A stretch of DNA of 58,096 nt, filler included, from Ionaspis alba (lineage: Eukaryota): the NCBI GenBank assembly GCA_964255285.1. It is 4 parts of 4 records of this genome, joined end to end, with 100 filler letters (N's around TTAATTAATTAA, not from the genome) between each part and the next. Parts side by side here need not be neighbours in the genome. Positions count along the whole stretch, not along the records: positions 1 to 14,497 come from CAXUUL010000418.1; 3 more parts are not named here. One strand, written 5' to 3'. Within the stretch, counting starts at the first letter, position 1. Each line of letters opens with the position of its first letter. Under the pieces are notes generated by a model. That model had not been told where the DNA came from. It did no database searches and saw only the letters and a program-made list of their open reading frames with translations. Both the position numbers and the translations under genes were made by a program. Of this stretch, positions 1 through 10,836 are shown in pieces.

Positions 1-1092
1 GAAGGAGGCGGTGGAGGAGGGACAGAAGATTTTGGGGAAGGTGGTGGTGCAGGCGCCTTTGGAGCAGGCGGTGGAGTAGAGGGAGTTGGCGATGGTGGAA
101 AAGAGAGTGAGACTGGGGATTGGACGGGGCCCTTACCATCAGCGGGAACGACGAAGATATTTCGCCCATCGTCAAGAGCTGTCATGTAGCCAGGGATTGC
201 AGCTTTGTCAATAGCCAGGTGCGTGGCATCGTTTGGGGCGGCAGCCTTATTGGCCTTCTTGGGGTCCTGGGCTGTGATATCAATGTCCATACAAGAGGTG
301 TAAGTCTCCAGCTTGCCGTTTGGCAAGTCTTGAGTTCCTGGGGCTGTAGGCCAGTCCCAAACCCAGTAGAGGGTGTATGGCTTTCCAGAAGGTGCGTCGG
401 CTGGAAGAACGATGTCGTTTTGACACCAAAGGTCTTGTCCTGCTGGGATAGTGGGGAACTTTGCCTGGCGTTCATTTGAGATTTGAGACTGAGGATTGAC
501 TTGATAGCACCGCATGTCATCAAAGTTCTGTGTCGACAGGAGTTTTCCTCGCTTATCGCCTCCGGTGCCAGCGGCATTCCATTGCTTGTGGATCGCTGTG
601 AACAGCTCGTTATCTTTCGGCTCGGTTGTACCATAGATATAGACAGTTCCACGATTCGCAGGCTTCCCTTTCTGGTTGCCCGGAAGGACCACATGACCGT
701 TCTCCTGATACCGCAAAGCGATGAGCGCACCCGGCGCAGCCTTCAATCTGGGGCCATCTTTCTGGGTAGGCGTCACCTGCTGGGGGTGGCACATCAGATC
801 CGTGTCATAGATCTTATTCTCTCTTCCGTTGGGAGGAAGGAGATGCACCATGGTCGGGTCTCCAAAGCCGGGAGTCTTTCGATCGACTAGAGAACATTAG
901 CTGAAGACCATGTCTAGGGTGGGAAGGGCAATACTTACAATTACCACGAATGAAACCAGGCGCGCCAACGAAAGACCCATCAGAGCTAATCACCCTAAGC
1001 TCCTCAACCCAGGAATGGGCCGACGTGACAGGGAGAAGAGATGCGAGTGCCACCAGGGCACAAGCCATCGAGGTTCGGATAGATGGTGACAT
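1..1092 (-). CDS. Secreted protein with LPMO-like (His-brace) domain and Pro/Ser-rich tail; 3' partial
   Basis: Exon 1 is 1092-939 (MSPSIRTSMACALVALASLLPVTSA|HSWVEE..., signal peptide). Intron 938-887 reads GTAAGT..CTAAT..TAG. Exon 2 (886 to <1) is open with no stop: RYQENGHV...CYQVN...LWCQNDI...YTLYWVWDWPT...ETYTSCMDIDI, then P/S/T-rich sequence. Resembles the fungal family I recall as DUF7492. Confidence 0.85.
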
Positions 1093-2177
1093 GGTTGAAG
1101 GATATAGAAAGGGTGCCGCTTGGTATCGAGACCTGCTCAAAGTGAAAGCGGTTTGAAAGTTTCGGACCAGCGAAGTTGGCGACAATGGGATCGAGCGAAG
1201 GTCGTCGAAGAGTGGCAGGTATATGTACAAGTAAATGTACAAAAGAGTAGTAGATTCGAGAGCGACGTTGAAAGGGTACTATCGACGTCGAATGGTGGTG
1301 AAGAGTAGTGAGTAAGGATGAAGGATCGTGAAGATGGACAGAGGAAAAGGTGATAAATGAATAAATCAACCAGTGATCTATGAACAATACTCAAAACAAT
1401 ACGAAGGAGCATTCATTGAAGTTACTATTGTCGAAGTGCTATCGAGGCGCACGCGTTGCGAAAGACCCGGAGAACAATAGACTTGTCATTATGGGTCAAT
1501 AAAGAAGTCTCGCGCATCGTCTAAGAAGGTGAATGAAGAAAACAAAGAATAAGGGAATGAAACAAGAGTCAAGTATCCTTTGTGAGCAATGCTGAAGCTA
1601 TTGACAGTGGGTAGCCAACGCCAGCCAGTCATACCGCGCTTCACGTCTGCTACCAAACAGACTGATTGTCGAAACAGTAAAGATACTATTTTCCAACTGG
1701 TAAAGCGCGTTCTTCCAAGGTTTCGCAAGCTACGGGACATTAGAGATATATTTGTGGCCATTCGATGCTGGTATTCCCTGCGGTTCGAGCCAAGCTGTGG
1801 CGCGTACCGGTCCTTACCCCAGGACAAAGACATTTTGGGGAAAAGTCATGAAGCTTCGCGTCGCAGAAGAAAAAGTTATCTGCTACAGGGTAGCTCTGAA
1901 TCGAGGCCCTTCTTCCGCGTTTCATCACCAGGTTTACTGGCGGCTTCGGTGTGGTGTTGAGCTTCGCAGAATATATTAATAGTTAAGCTTAACCTCACCT
2001 GGTTTCGGTTTGAAGTTGGGTAGCGGTTTCAGAATGGCACGCTCTCATTGGTCCATGTAGAATGCGGGACAATGAATCCAGTTAGCGAGATTCACCTCCT
2101 CTCGCATAGAGGCATGCTTTGAACGTTGATGCTATAAGGAGATGTAAATTGGCAAGAACTTGTCTGGTGCACTAAGT

Positions 2178-3182
2178 ATGGCCGCTGCCATGGCTTCCAG
2201 TGCAGAGCCAGTTATCAGTGTTCAGTCTACATGCTTTTCTTGCGAGAAGCTCAACGCCTCGACTTTCCTGATCGTGGAAGACGACAAATACGACGAGCAT
2301 CCATTCATCTACGCCAAGATCTATTCGGACCCTCCTCTAATAGTGCTCTCAGACACTGGCTGTGGGGGTAAGGCACGGGCTACACATCTTCCTCCGGACA
2401 ATATACGAAACTATATCGAAACATTCCCTGTGAAAAAGAACGATAACCGTCCTTTAAATCCACGTCTGCCAAACGGAGACCCTGCTTTGAAGTACATGAT
2501 AATCTGCACGCATTGCCACTATGATCATATCCTGGGGATTCCTAGCCTTAACGGTGTCTCTTCTGCTATACTTGCATCTTCCCACATGAAATCTTTCATT
2601 GAAGATGATCTGCCCAAAACTTCTTTGTGTTATTATCTAGATGTCCCAACACCTAAATACAAGGTGTCAAATTGGGCCAAAGACATGCAGAAAATCGTGT
2701 TTGAAGAATCTGAGCTGGGCATTCAGATCCTTCACACACCAGGCCATACACCTGATGAGCTAGCCTGGTATGACGAGGAGGAGCGTCATTTGTATGTAGG
2801 AGACTCCTTCTACGAGAGGGAAGCGAGGGACAAGTCATATACGCAAGCAATTATTTTCCCGGCTGATGGCGATCTGATCGAGTACATGGCGTCACTGGAC
2901 AAGATGCTCAGATTCATCGAGGAGAAGAACGCGGAAGATGGCAAGACTGCTGTCAAGATTGGGTGTGGTCACACTACCTGCTCGGTAGACGGACTTGAGA
3001 TACTGCTTGCAGTGCAAAAGTACTTTTGGGATTTGCTAAAAGGCAGTATACCCCTCAAGTCCGAAAAGGAGAAGCGCGGAGAGCTTATTGGATTGTGGCA
3101 GGAGGATGGAGAGCCGAGGTTCTCTCTCGAAGCTCCACAACGGCTAGTAGCAGACGCAAGGAAGCACTTCAAGAGAGATTGA
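2178..3182 (+). CDS. Metallo-beta-lactamase-fold hydrolase
   Basis: Intronless ORF with SDTG, THCHYDH (HxHxDH), HTPGHT, VGD and CGH metal-binding motifs. ATG at 2178 or 2190. Confidence 0.9.
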   Translation: MAAAMASSAEPVISVQSTCFSCEKLNASTFLIVEDDKYDEHPFIYAKIYSDPPLIVLSDTGCGGKARATHLPPDNIRNYIETFPVKKNDNRPLNPRLPNGDPALKYMIICTHCHYDHILGIPSLNGVSSAILASSHMKSFIEDDLPKTSLCYYLDVPTPKYKVSNWAKDMQKIVFEESELGIQILHTPGHTPDELAWYDEEERHLYVGDSFYEREARDKSYTQAIIFPADGDLIEYMASLDKMLRFIEEKNAEDGKTAVKIGCGHTTCSVDGLEILLAVQKYFWDLLKGSIPLKSEKEKRGELIGLWQEDGEPRFSLEAPQRLVADARKHFKRD

Positions 3183-3634
3183 AATAGAATACAGTGTCAA
3201 GGCTACCTAGACTTCCTGGTAGAGACATGAGTGAATAGTGGTAGCTCGATAATGAGAACTCAAAATCACGAAAGCGCTTGGTTCCCTTCATCTTAGTGTA
3301 CTCACCCTTCATGTATATTGATTCTATAAATTACAATTTACCGCTCCTTGATGACGGTGTTGGCAGAGTTTTGTACGACTCCTATGAACGATCTTTTGCC
3401 GAGTAGCTACAATGGTGTAGTGGCAGAAGACACCGTCGTAGTCTTAGCAGTCAACAACGGCTATGGCAATTCGCCTAATTCCCAATTGCGTTAGTCTGAT
3501 ATTGGAGCTTCTTGTCTACGAAGTGTGAATCACGAGTTTCTTCAACCAAATCTCTCAAAACAATTCCCTCCAGTCCTCAGCAGTGGGAGCCAATCGGAAT
3601 CATTCTGCTTAGACTTTCTGGAGAGGGCGAAGCG

Positions 3635-4403
3635 ATGGATGATAGCACTGCGTTTCGTCCAGCATTGATTGTGGTTGACATGCAAGAGGACTTCTGTGCT
3701 CCTGTACGAGGTCCCCCAAGAGGATATACTACCAGATCTGATGACTGACACTCCTAGCTAGAATGGCTCCCTAGCAATTTCAGGAGGTCGTGAGTTAGCA
3801 CCAATGATTAATGATCTTCTCATGCTTCCTTTTGCCCTGAGGATTGCCACGAAGGATTTCCACCCTCCTGATCATGCCTCTTTCGCCACCTCCCACCCTC
3901 CTCCAGAGAACAAGGCCTTCATATGTACTGCCACTATGACGAATCCAGCCAATCCATCGGAAACGCGGAAATCGACCCTCTGGCCGGTCCACTGCGTACA
4001 GGGTACTCCAGGGGCGCAAATCATCCCGGAAGTAGATGTAACAAGATTTCAATTTGTTGTGGAGAAAGGCAGGGACAGCAGAGTAGAAATGTACTCTGGG
4101 TTCTCTGATATGTTTGGCAACAAATCAGAAGCTGCCAGTCTCGATCTAGCGGCTCTGCTAAGGGATCACTCAATCACTCAGGTCTTTGTCGTCGGTCTAA
4201 CCGGCGATTGTTGCGTGAGATATACTGCTCTCGACGCGACAAAGGAAGGCTTTGAGACCTTTGTGATCAGACAGGCTATACGTAGTGTTGACGAGGGCGC
4301 ATGTGGATGGGGTGCTGCAGAGAAGGAGTTGTTAGAAAAAGCGGTTAAATTAGTCGATGTTGAGGGAGCAGAAGTGGCCAGGGTCAGAAAGCTGGCATTT
4401 TGA
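3635..4403 (+). CDS. PNC1: Nicotinamidase/pyrazinamidase (isochorismatase family)
   Basis: Exons 3635-3703 and 3762-4403. Motifs ALIVVDMQEDFC, DFHPPDH, LWPVHCVQGTPGA, EKG..YSGF and VGLTGDCCV contain the D-K-C triad. Confidence 0.9.
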
Positions 4404-4813
4404 TGCTTGGGCCGTTGCATGATGATCTCCGCAGACAAGCTCCTTACACAGTGTGAGGAACAGGTAATTGGCCTGTGTTTGGCGTTTGAAGCAAGCGCAA
4501 AGCACTTTCGGCAATTGGGTCATAACCATTACCTATCGCTGTGCAACTCCTGGCAGACATAATATTGACAACACCAGCGGATTATTGAGCCGCCAGCTGT
4601 TGCCCGGAAAACCAGGAACCAGAAAGCTTACAGGGAACTCCGATCTGATTGGATCCTGGTTAGTCTGATAAGCTGCGCGCGAGAGGAAGCCATGCAATCA
4701 TTGCGCCTCCAATGCGCATCACCCTAGTGACGACTTCGACCATATGGACGAGGTCGTTGTTATTTCCACATACCACAACTCTTCCACATTTCCTGTTGCG
4801 CTCATACTCAGTC

Positions 4814-5511
4814 ATGCCGTCTTCAAAGGGAAAGCCGACCGATCCTAAGCTTCGCGAGGAAGTCAAAGAAAGTTCGTCCCCACATTCTGCGCAATGTCGG
4901 GTCCCGATGTCTCAGCACTAATGCGCCACTACTGTAGAGGTCAAGAACGAAACAAACAAGGACGGCAGTGGGAAAGGCCAATGGTCAGCTTGGAAGGTAT
5001 ATTATAGAAGATCTTGTTCTTTTCCTAAAATGCTTTGCGCGATTAATTGTGTGCTGACGCTGCTTTGCGCGCAAAGGCTTCCAAACTGTCCAAGGAGTAC
5101 GAGAAAGAAGGAGGTGGCTACGAGAACGACCCTGGATCTAAGAACGAGCCGGAGAAAGGCACACCGCACGCGAAATCCGAATCCAAGAAGGAAAAGGAGC
5201 TGAAAGAGAAGGAAGCTAAAGCTCCCGAAGAAGACAAGAAAGAGGAAGCGGAGCCTAAGGAGGACGCGAAGGAGGAGGAAGAGAAGCCCAAGGCCAATAG
5301 TGGCAAGAAAGCTACTGGAAAGAAAGAGGATGGTAAGGCAAAGGTTCCCAGAGCGAAGAAGGAGAAGAAGCCTCCTACTGAGGGCACACGCAAGAGCTCC
5401 CGCGTGAGTGCCAAAAGGAGTGCACCCGCGGAAGAGGAGCATGAGGAGGAGGAGAAAGAGGTCAAGAAAACAAAGGCACCAGCGAAGAAGGCGAAGACTA
5501 CCAAGAAGTGA
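4814..5511 (+). CDS. Small Lys/Glu-rich protein with N-terminal TDPxLRE...GQWSAxKA...EYExxGGGY motif (DUF5872-like)
   Basis: Exons 4814-4871, 4938-4996 and 5077-5511 join in frame across canonical introns. The N-terminal motif is followed by a highly charged low-complexity tail. Confidence 0.8.
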
Positions 5512-6097
5512 AAGCCTGCATGCTCGAGGCATTTCTGTATTGCTCGCTTTCCTATTTCCATCCTCTCTGTGTTTCATTCTGTTTTTTCTCTCGTCGCCAG
5601 TGTCTTCGTTGGGAGTCTTGGATACATATGTAACGTATTGCGATATGATAGAACACAAAACGGTCGCCGCTAGCAGAAGAGCTTGTTTGCTTCCAGCAAG
5701 AGGTTAGGAATTGTATGACTCTCTTACTTGTTCTGCTGTGCGACCTGGTCAACAATTTCCGTCGCGACGGAATGAAAATTTTCATCTCCTTGTCCATTCT
5801 CACTTCAGCCAAGATCTTTCATATCTTCGTCGCCCTGCTTCCTTCTTGTAGCTACTAAGTGAGATTCGCTGCCTGGGCTTGGACCCACTGGTGAGTAGGG
5901 TTTGCTGGATCCATTCATACCTAAGGCTCTGCACCAGTGCGGATTCTTATGATTAGGGCTTAATTCGGTTGTTTCAGATCCGCCGAGCGTGAATGACCAT
6001 CCTCCGACGCTCACTTCGAGTCCAACCCTCTCTCGACTCGACGACTCGGCCCAAAACGGTGGAATCACTTTTGCTTTTCTATATCTTCTTGTTGCGA

Positions 6098-6897
6098 TCA
6101 TCCAGTTGATTGACTGGAAGCTGCAGGTTTTGGTTGTTGAGCTGTTTCCATATGTGTAAGTGTGTCGATTTCCTCAAAATTGACAATAGGACCATACTTC
6201 GGACACTCATGGCCAGCTGCCTCTATTCGCCAGCAACACCTATTTAAGATCATTTCTTTTTGCTTTGGACCTTCTAACTCTTCTTTCTCTCGAGCCCACC
6301 GTCCGACGGCCTTGTACTGCTCGAAAAGTCTTCGCTGCTTAAGATCATCATCTGTAACAGATCACTACGTCGAAGCCACTGTCGGATATAGCAAGTACGT
6401 CCTCTACTGTCAGCAAGCCATTTATGCACTGTCTTTAGACGAACGTTCACTTCAGTCCTGCGGCGCTGCTCTCAATCACGTCGAAGCCATCGTTCTCCAC
6501 CATATTTCCTGCCTGGTAGAGACCGCCGATGGCTTGACGTCGAGCAAGTTTCTACTACATCTGCAAGCCCGTTTTCTACATGTGTTCTACTCCATTCCTT
6601 CGGTCTGCTGACAAGATAGAGTCTAGATCACTACCCGTGGGAATGTTCATGTACCAAACTGGGAATCTCATGGTAGGTTTTGTGTCTCACTCCAGCAATA
6701 TCCTCACCTCGACACGCTGAACACTGGCTCTATAGCACGATTTGTACCACCTGACGTCAAAGATCCCATTGCCATCCATCAAAGTCTGCTTCGTCTGAGG
6801 TAAGTCGGTTAACAAATCCAGTTCCAGAACAGTGCTGTCCCAGTATCTATGTGAACGTCCAGCTTTCGTCCCTGCCTCCATACAACATGTCCATGGG
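6098..6897 (-). pseudogene. Possible degenerate multi-exon gene
   Basis: Strong minus-strand acceptor (GCTGACTAAC...CAG) ending at 6898. Open stretches at 6897-6687 and about 6360-6098, but the intervening pieces contain stops and do not join cleanly. Confidence 0.2.
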
Positions 6898-7080
6898 CTG
6901 ATGTGAGATACACGTGTAGTTAGTCAGCGAACAGACAAAAGCGTCACTGACGTTAATACTTTGCTTCTATTTGATTTATGTTTGCCTTTCTGGTAAGACG
7001 CTCCCGGTGTTTCTGAGTTCCATTAATGCCTATTCAGCAGTAAATCCAAACCCAAACCCGATCAAGCGGGAGCCGTAGCC

Positions 7081-9220
7081 ATGGCGTGTTTCGGAGAAGG
7101 TTGTGACGGCGGTCACACGGAGATCATGAGTACGTGACCATGTGTTCCCGACTGGGCTTGGTGCTAATTATTGTTTCAGCCGACGTAGTTGACCCGCAAT
7201 ACATCCCGTTTCCAGTCCGTACCCTTAGCGTGATTGAGAAAGTGCCTGTCGAGATTTTTGTGTCCATCTGTGGATACCTTGCGCCAATCTGGCTCTACAA
7301 TCTGTCCCACGCATCCAAGTTGACCCGCACACGTCTTACCGGCCAAGAGGGCAACAAGATCTGGTACAACGCACTGCCTATCTGCGTCTGGAAGGAATCA
7401 GAGAAGTACCAGGATGAGGAAGAATTACGAGAGTGGGCGAATCCGGAATGTCAGAAGCCAACGAACTTGAATGTCAGTACTCGCTCCATGAGCAGGAAAC
7501 TTCTAGGGTGAGTGAGGGGCGAACCTCCAGAACATGGTCAGTTTCACTGATCTGCGCTCTTAGCTTTAGCAAAATTCCCATTCCGATTCAAAATTCGACC
7601 TTGAAGACCAATGCCGTCTCGACAAGGCGCTCGGTTGTCCAAACTGCGACGGCCTTCTACCCCCCAGCGACTCCATCTCCAGTAGCAGGAATGCACAATC
7701 TACCATCCGCGAACAACGGTTCTGACGCTCTAGTCAGCTGGACAGACAAGCGTGCCATTGGATATGACCTGTCACCGATCAGAACTCATTTCCCTTCGCT
7801 ATTCTCAGGTTTTGAGATCTCACAGCGCAAGAAAGTCCAAGCCATTGGGGGCCAGTACGAGCCGTTCTTCAACTACAAACGGGAGATCCTGGGGTATCTG
7901 AGGACCTCGAGGAGATGCTTCGTGTGTCTGAGTATCAAAACCAGTTTGGATAGTGCGGTCACCTGCAGGCGCTGGGGTATGCTCTGGTGCAGTCATTGCA
8001 TTGCCGAGTATACGATTGGTAAGTCCACTACCTGCCCTTATGGTGCTGTTGTCTTTTGCACTAGCTAACTTTTCCCTTAGCTTCCACAGTCCTTGACGAC
8101 GTTGAGAATGGAGATCTCATCATGGAAAGTGCTGGGCTACAAGCATTCCGGCAAAATCGCCGTGATATGTTCTATCGCCGTAAGCCTCTCCTACTTTGCC
8201 ACTAATTTTCATCGCTAATCCCATCGCCAACTAGCGGAAATCGACGATCTCATTCGCCATCAATTCGGCGTGGATCTCAAGACGATTCTCCAGGTCGACG
8301 CTCATTGCAAGCAGGTGATGGCAAAGCAGCGCTTACAGAGGTCTAAGCTGGAGCTCGATCGTCGCATCATCCGTCGAAAGCTTGTGTACATTGCAAAGAT
8401 GATTTGGGAAGGCCTGGATCCAAATCCCAATATTCTCATGTCAGAAGATGGAGTCGTCAGCTATCACGCTAGTTCGAAGCTTGTATCCCCAGAGACCTAT
8501 CGCACGTTTCGTGAGCGATTTGCACCCACGGCAGAGCTGGAGAAGTTTCTCTTCCCGGACTATCTTGTCGTGGACAACCCATACTACCAGACTACGTATA
8601 ACGGTGACTCTGGATGGCTCTATGATCCTTCGACAATAATTGACAAGAACAAAAGCCTCGGCGACATTCCTCATGGCTGGTATTGCGAGCAGGCTGCAAG
8701 GATGCTGCATCAACTCACGAACAGCCGTCAACGCAACTACTATCTCAAAGGCTACGGTGGATACGTCGATGCATGGGTCAAGGCAGGTACCAAGTATCAT
8801 CTCAACCGGCTCAAGGCCGAGATCGATTCCGGCGTGACAGTCTCCTTAGCTCATACTCCGGTCCAATTCCATAACTCTGATGAGTTCGATCGCATCCGCA
8901 AACTAAGGGCGAAATGTGGGCTCCAGACTGAAGGCTATGGTATGATGTCTCCTCTCCCACAACGCGTCGACGTCAACGATTTCAGCAGCGAGTGTTCCTT
9001 CGAGGAATATCTCGAGTTGAATCGTGTTGCCGCAGTAGCAGAGGACGACAGACGAACCAAGATCAAATACTTCAACAAGATCATTCGCCACACTTGCGTC
9101 GGCTGTCCCATTACTGGCGGCCTCTTCTATCCCATGGGCTTAGAGGGTCTTCTCGAACACATGAGAACAGCTCATCCACGCGAGTTCTGGGAGACTGATG
9201 ACTTTCATGTCATTGGCTGA
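7081..9220 (+). CDS. F-box-like protein with CxxC/CxxC and C-terminal C2H2-like zinc-binding motifs
   Basis: Five exons join in frame (7081-7129, 7180-7507, 7564-8018, 8081-8179, 8235-9220). IEKVPVEIFVSICGYLAPIWLYNLSHASK...IW fits the F-box pattern. Also CFVC..WCSHC and CVGC..HMRTAH. Confidence 0.75.
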
Positions 9221-10836
9221 CAGACTGATCAAGGACTTAGCACGAAGGAAGTGATGCCCAATGTGCTCCGAACTCTACGACTCGGTCCGAACCAACAACA
9301 CGAACATGGCGCTACTTTCTGCTTCCTTTGTCCTTTCTCGTTTTTTTATCTTTTCTGCCTTGCACACTATCTATCGATTTAGTCGGCCTTCTGTTTGAGC
9401 ACCAGCCTTATGCATCTACTCTGAGATTTGCGATACTCGCGCCAGCTCGAACACTATCGCCATATCTTCGATAGATAGCCGTCCGGTTGACCTCGCTGGA
9501 TCACATTTGATTTTCTCTTTCTGGAATGGTTTTTCTGCTTATCTTTTGCTGTCTGACTCGCGCCACCCTGTTGCTCTGCCTATCAAGAGCATATTGCGGC
9601 TGCATCTCCTGCACTTGAGGGAGTTTTCAGGACAGTCAACGGATATCTGGCTGTAGATGGAGCTTGTTCCATTACTCTGATCTTTCTGTCGCGATCTTCT
9701 CCGGAGCTTGATAGCATGATGTATCATCTTCTCTCATGTACTACACCATATGTAGAGCGATGTAACGGAGGCATCAGCGAGGTAAATACAGAGCTGGGAG
9801 AGCTACGATGACGATTGTTTGGCATTTGTTATGCTAGAAATCGGGTGAGAGCTTTTTCTGCAGATGTCACAATTACTGTGTCACTCGGCCAGCGATGAAA
9901 CGCGGCGGACATTTTTCTTTGCTGGCTTTGGATTGATGATGAGATGCTTTGAGCGTTGCTCAAGTTTGTGTATATAGTATTAGCGTCACGACGACCACGA
10001 ATTCCATGACTTTTCAACATCTCATGGTCCTAGTGTTGTAAGTTGTGGCGGCCTCTAAGGCCCTACAGAATCTCAATCGTCTGGTCCGGCGACGTACTCT
10101 TGCCTGGAACGAGGGTATGCATAGGAGGCTTTGCAACGTGCGCCACACGAGTTCGTTCTTATCTTGCAGGATACCGTTTGTTCTTACCCCAGACACAATA
10201 CTAAGCTTTTTTATCTTTCAAGGCACAAAAACATGGCGCTGGGAAACGGTCTGTCAACGGCGTGGAATGTCAATGAACTTCCGATGGGATCTAATATCCA
10301 ATGGCAATTATCAATTACGAATAAGTGGGGGGGATTATTTCCCGGGAATGGGTAAATTTTGATCGTCCTTTCGTCCCTATGCAGGAAGGGTTTGCGACCA
10401 AGGTTTTAGCCCGTTGCAGGGAGCAGGCAAGGGCACTGGGAAACATTATTATTTGTGCTCTAATCTTGGCTAATGGTGAGACCATTTCTGGAATACTAAT
10501 CGTAATCTACAGCAACGCGCATGGGCTCTGCATGCAAAGCGTGAGATTCGCTTTTTCCGTTGAAAGACAGGCGTTGAGCCGTTCAATTGAGAGCTGTGAG
10601 TAATTTCGATGTCATCGTTGCGCGCCTCATCCTCACCGCCTAGCTCAGCGGGAGCACAGCACTGCGAGGTTGCATTCTTCAGAAAGATAATTGTCAGCTA
10701 TCTGACTGACATGCGGGTAGTAATCCGCCAAAATACCCAGAAATAACCCCCGTCCAAATGTTACGTTCGCACAAGGCCTAAAAAATAATTCTCAACTTCC
10801 TCAACCTCCTTCCTACTCTAGGTCCCAGACGTAACA

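Noticed and set aside
120..890. ORFs 120-479(+), 483-890(+) and 182-730(-)
   Set aside because: Antisense or off-frame shadows of the spliced secreted-protein gene.
5002..5658. Long hydrophobic minus-strand ORFs
   Set aside because: Antisense of a Lys/Glu-rich (AAG/GAG) coding region.
10636..10680. TAGCTCAGCGGGAG resembling a tRNA A-box
   Set aside because: No T-loop/B-box (GTTCRA) at a suitable distance and no cloverleaf.
9240..10830. Several 60-105 aa ORFs upstream of HMG1
   Set aside because: No recognisable motifs or coherent exon chain. I also saw no convincing sterol-regulatory element.
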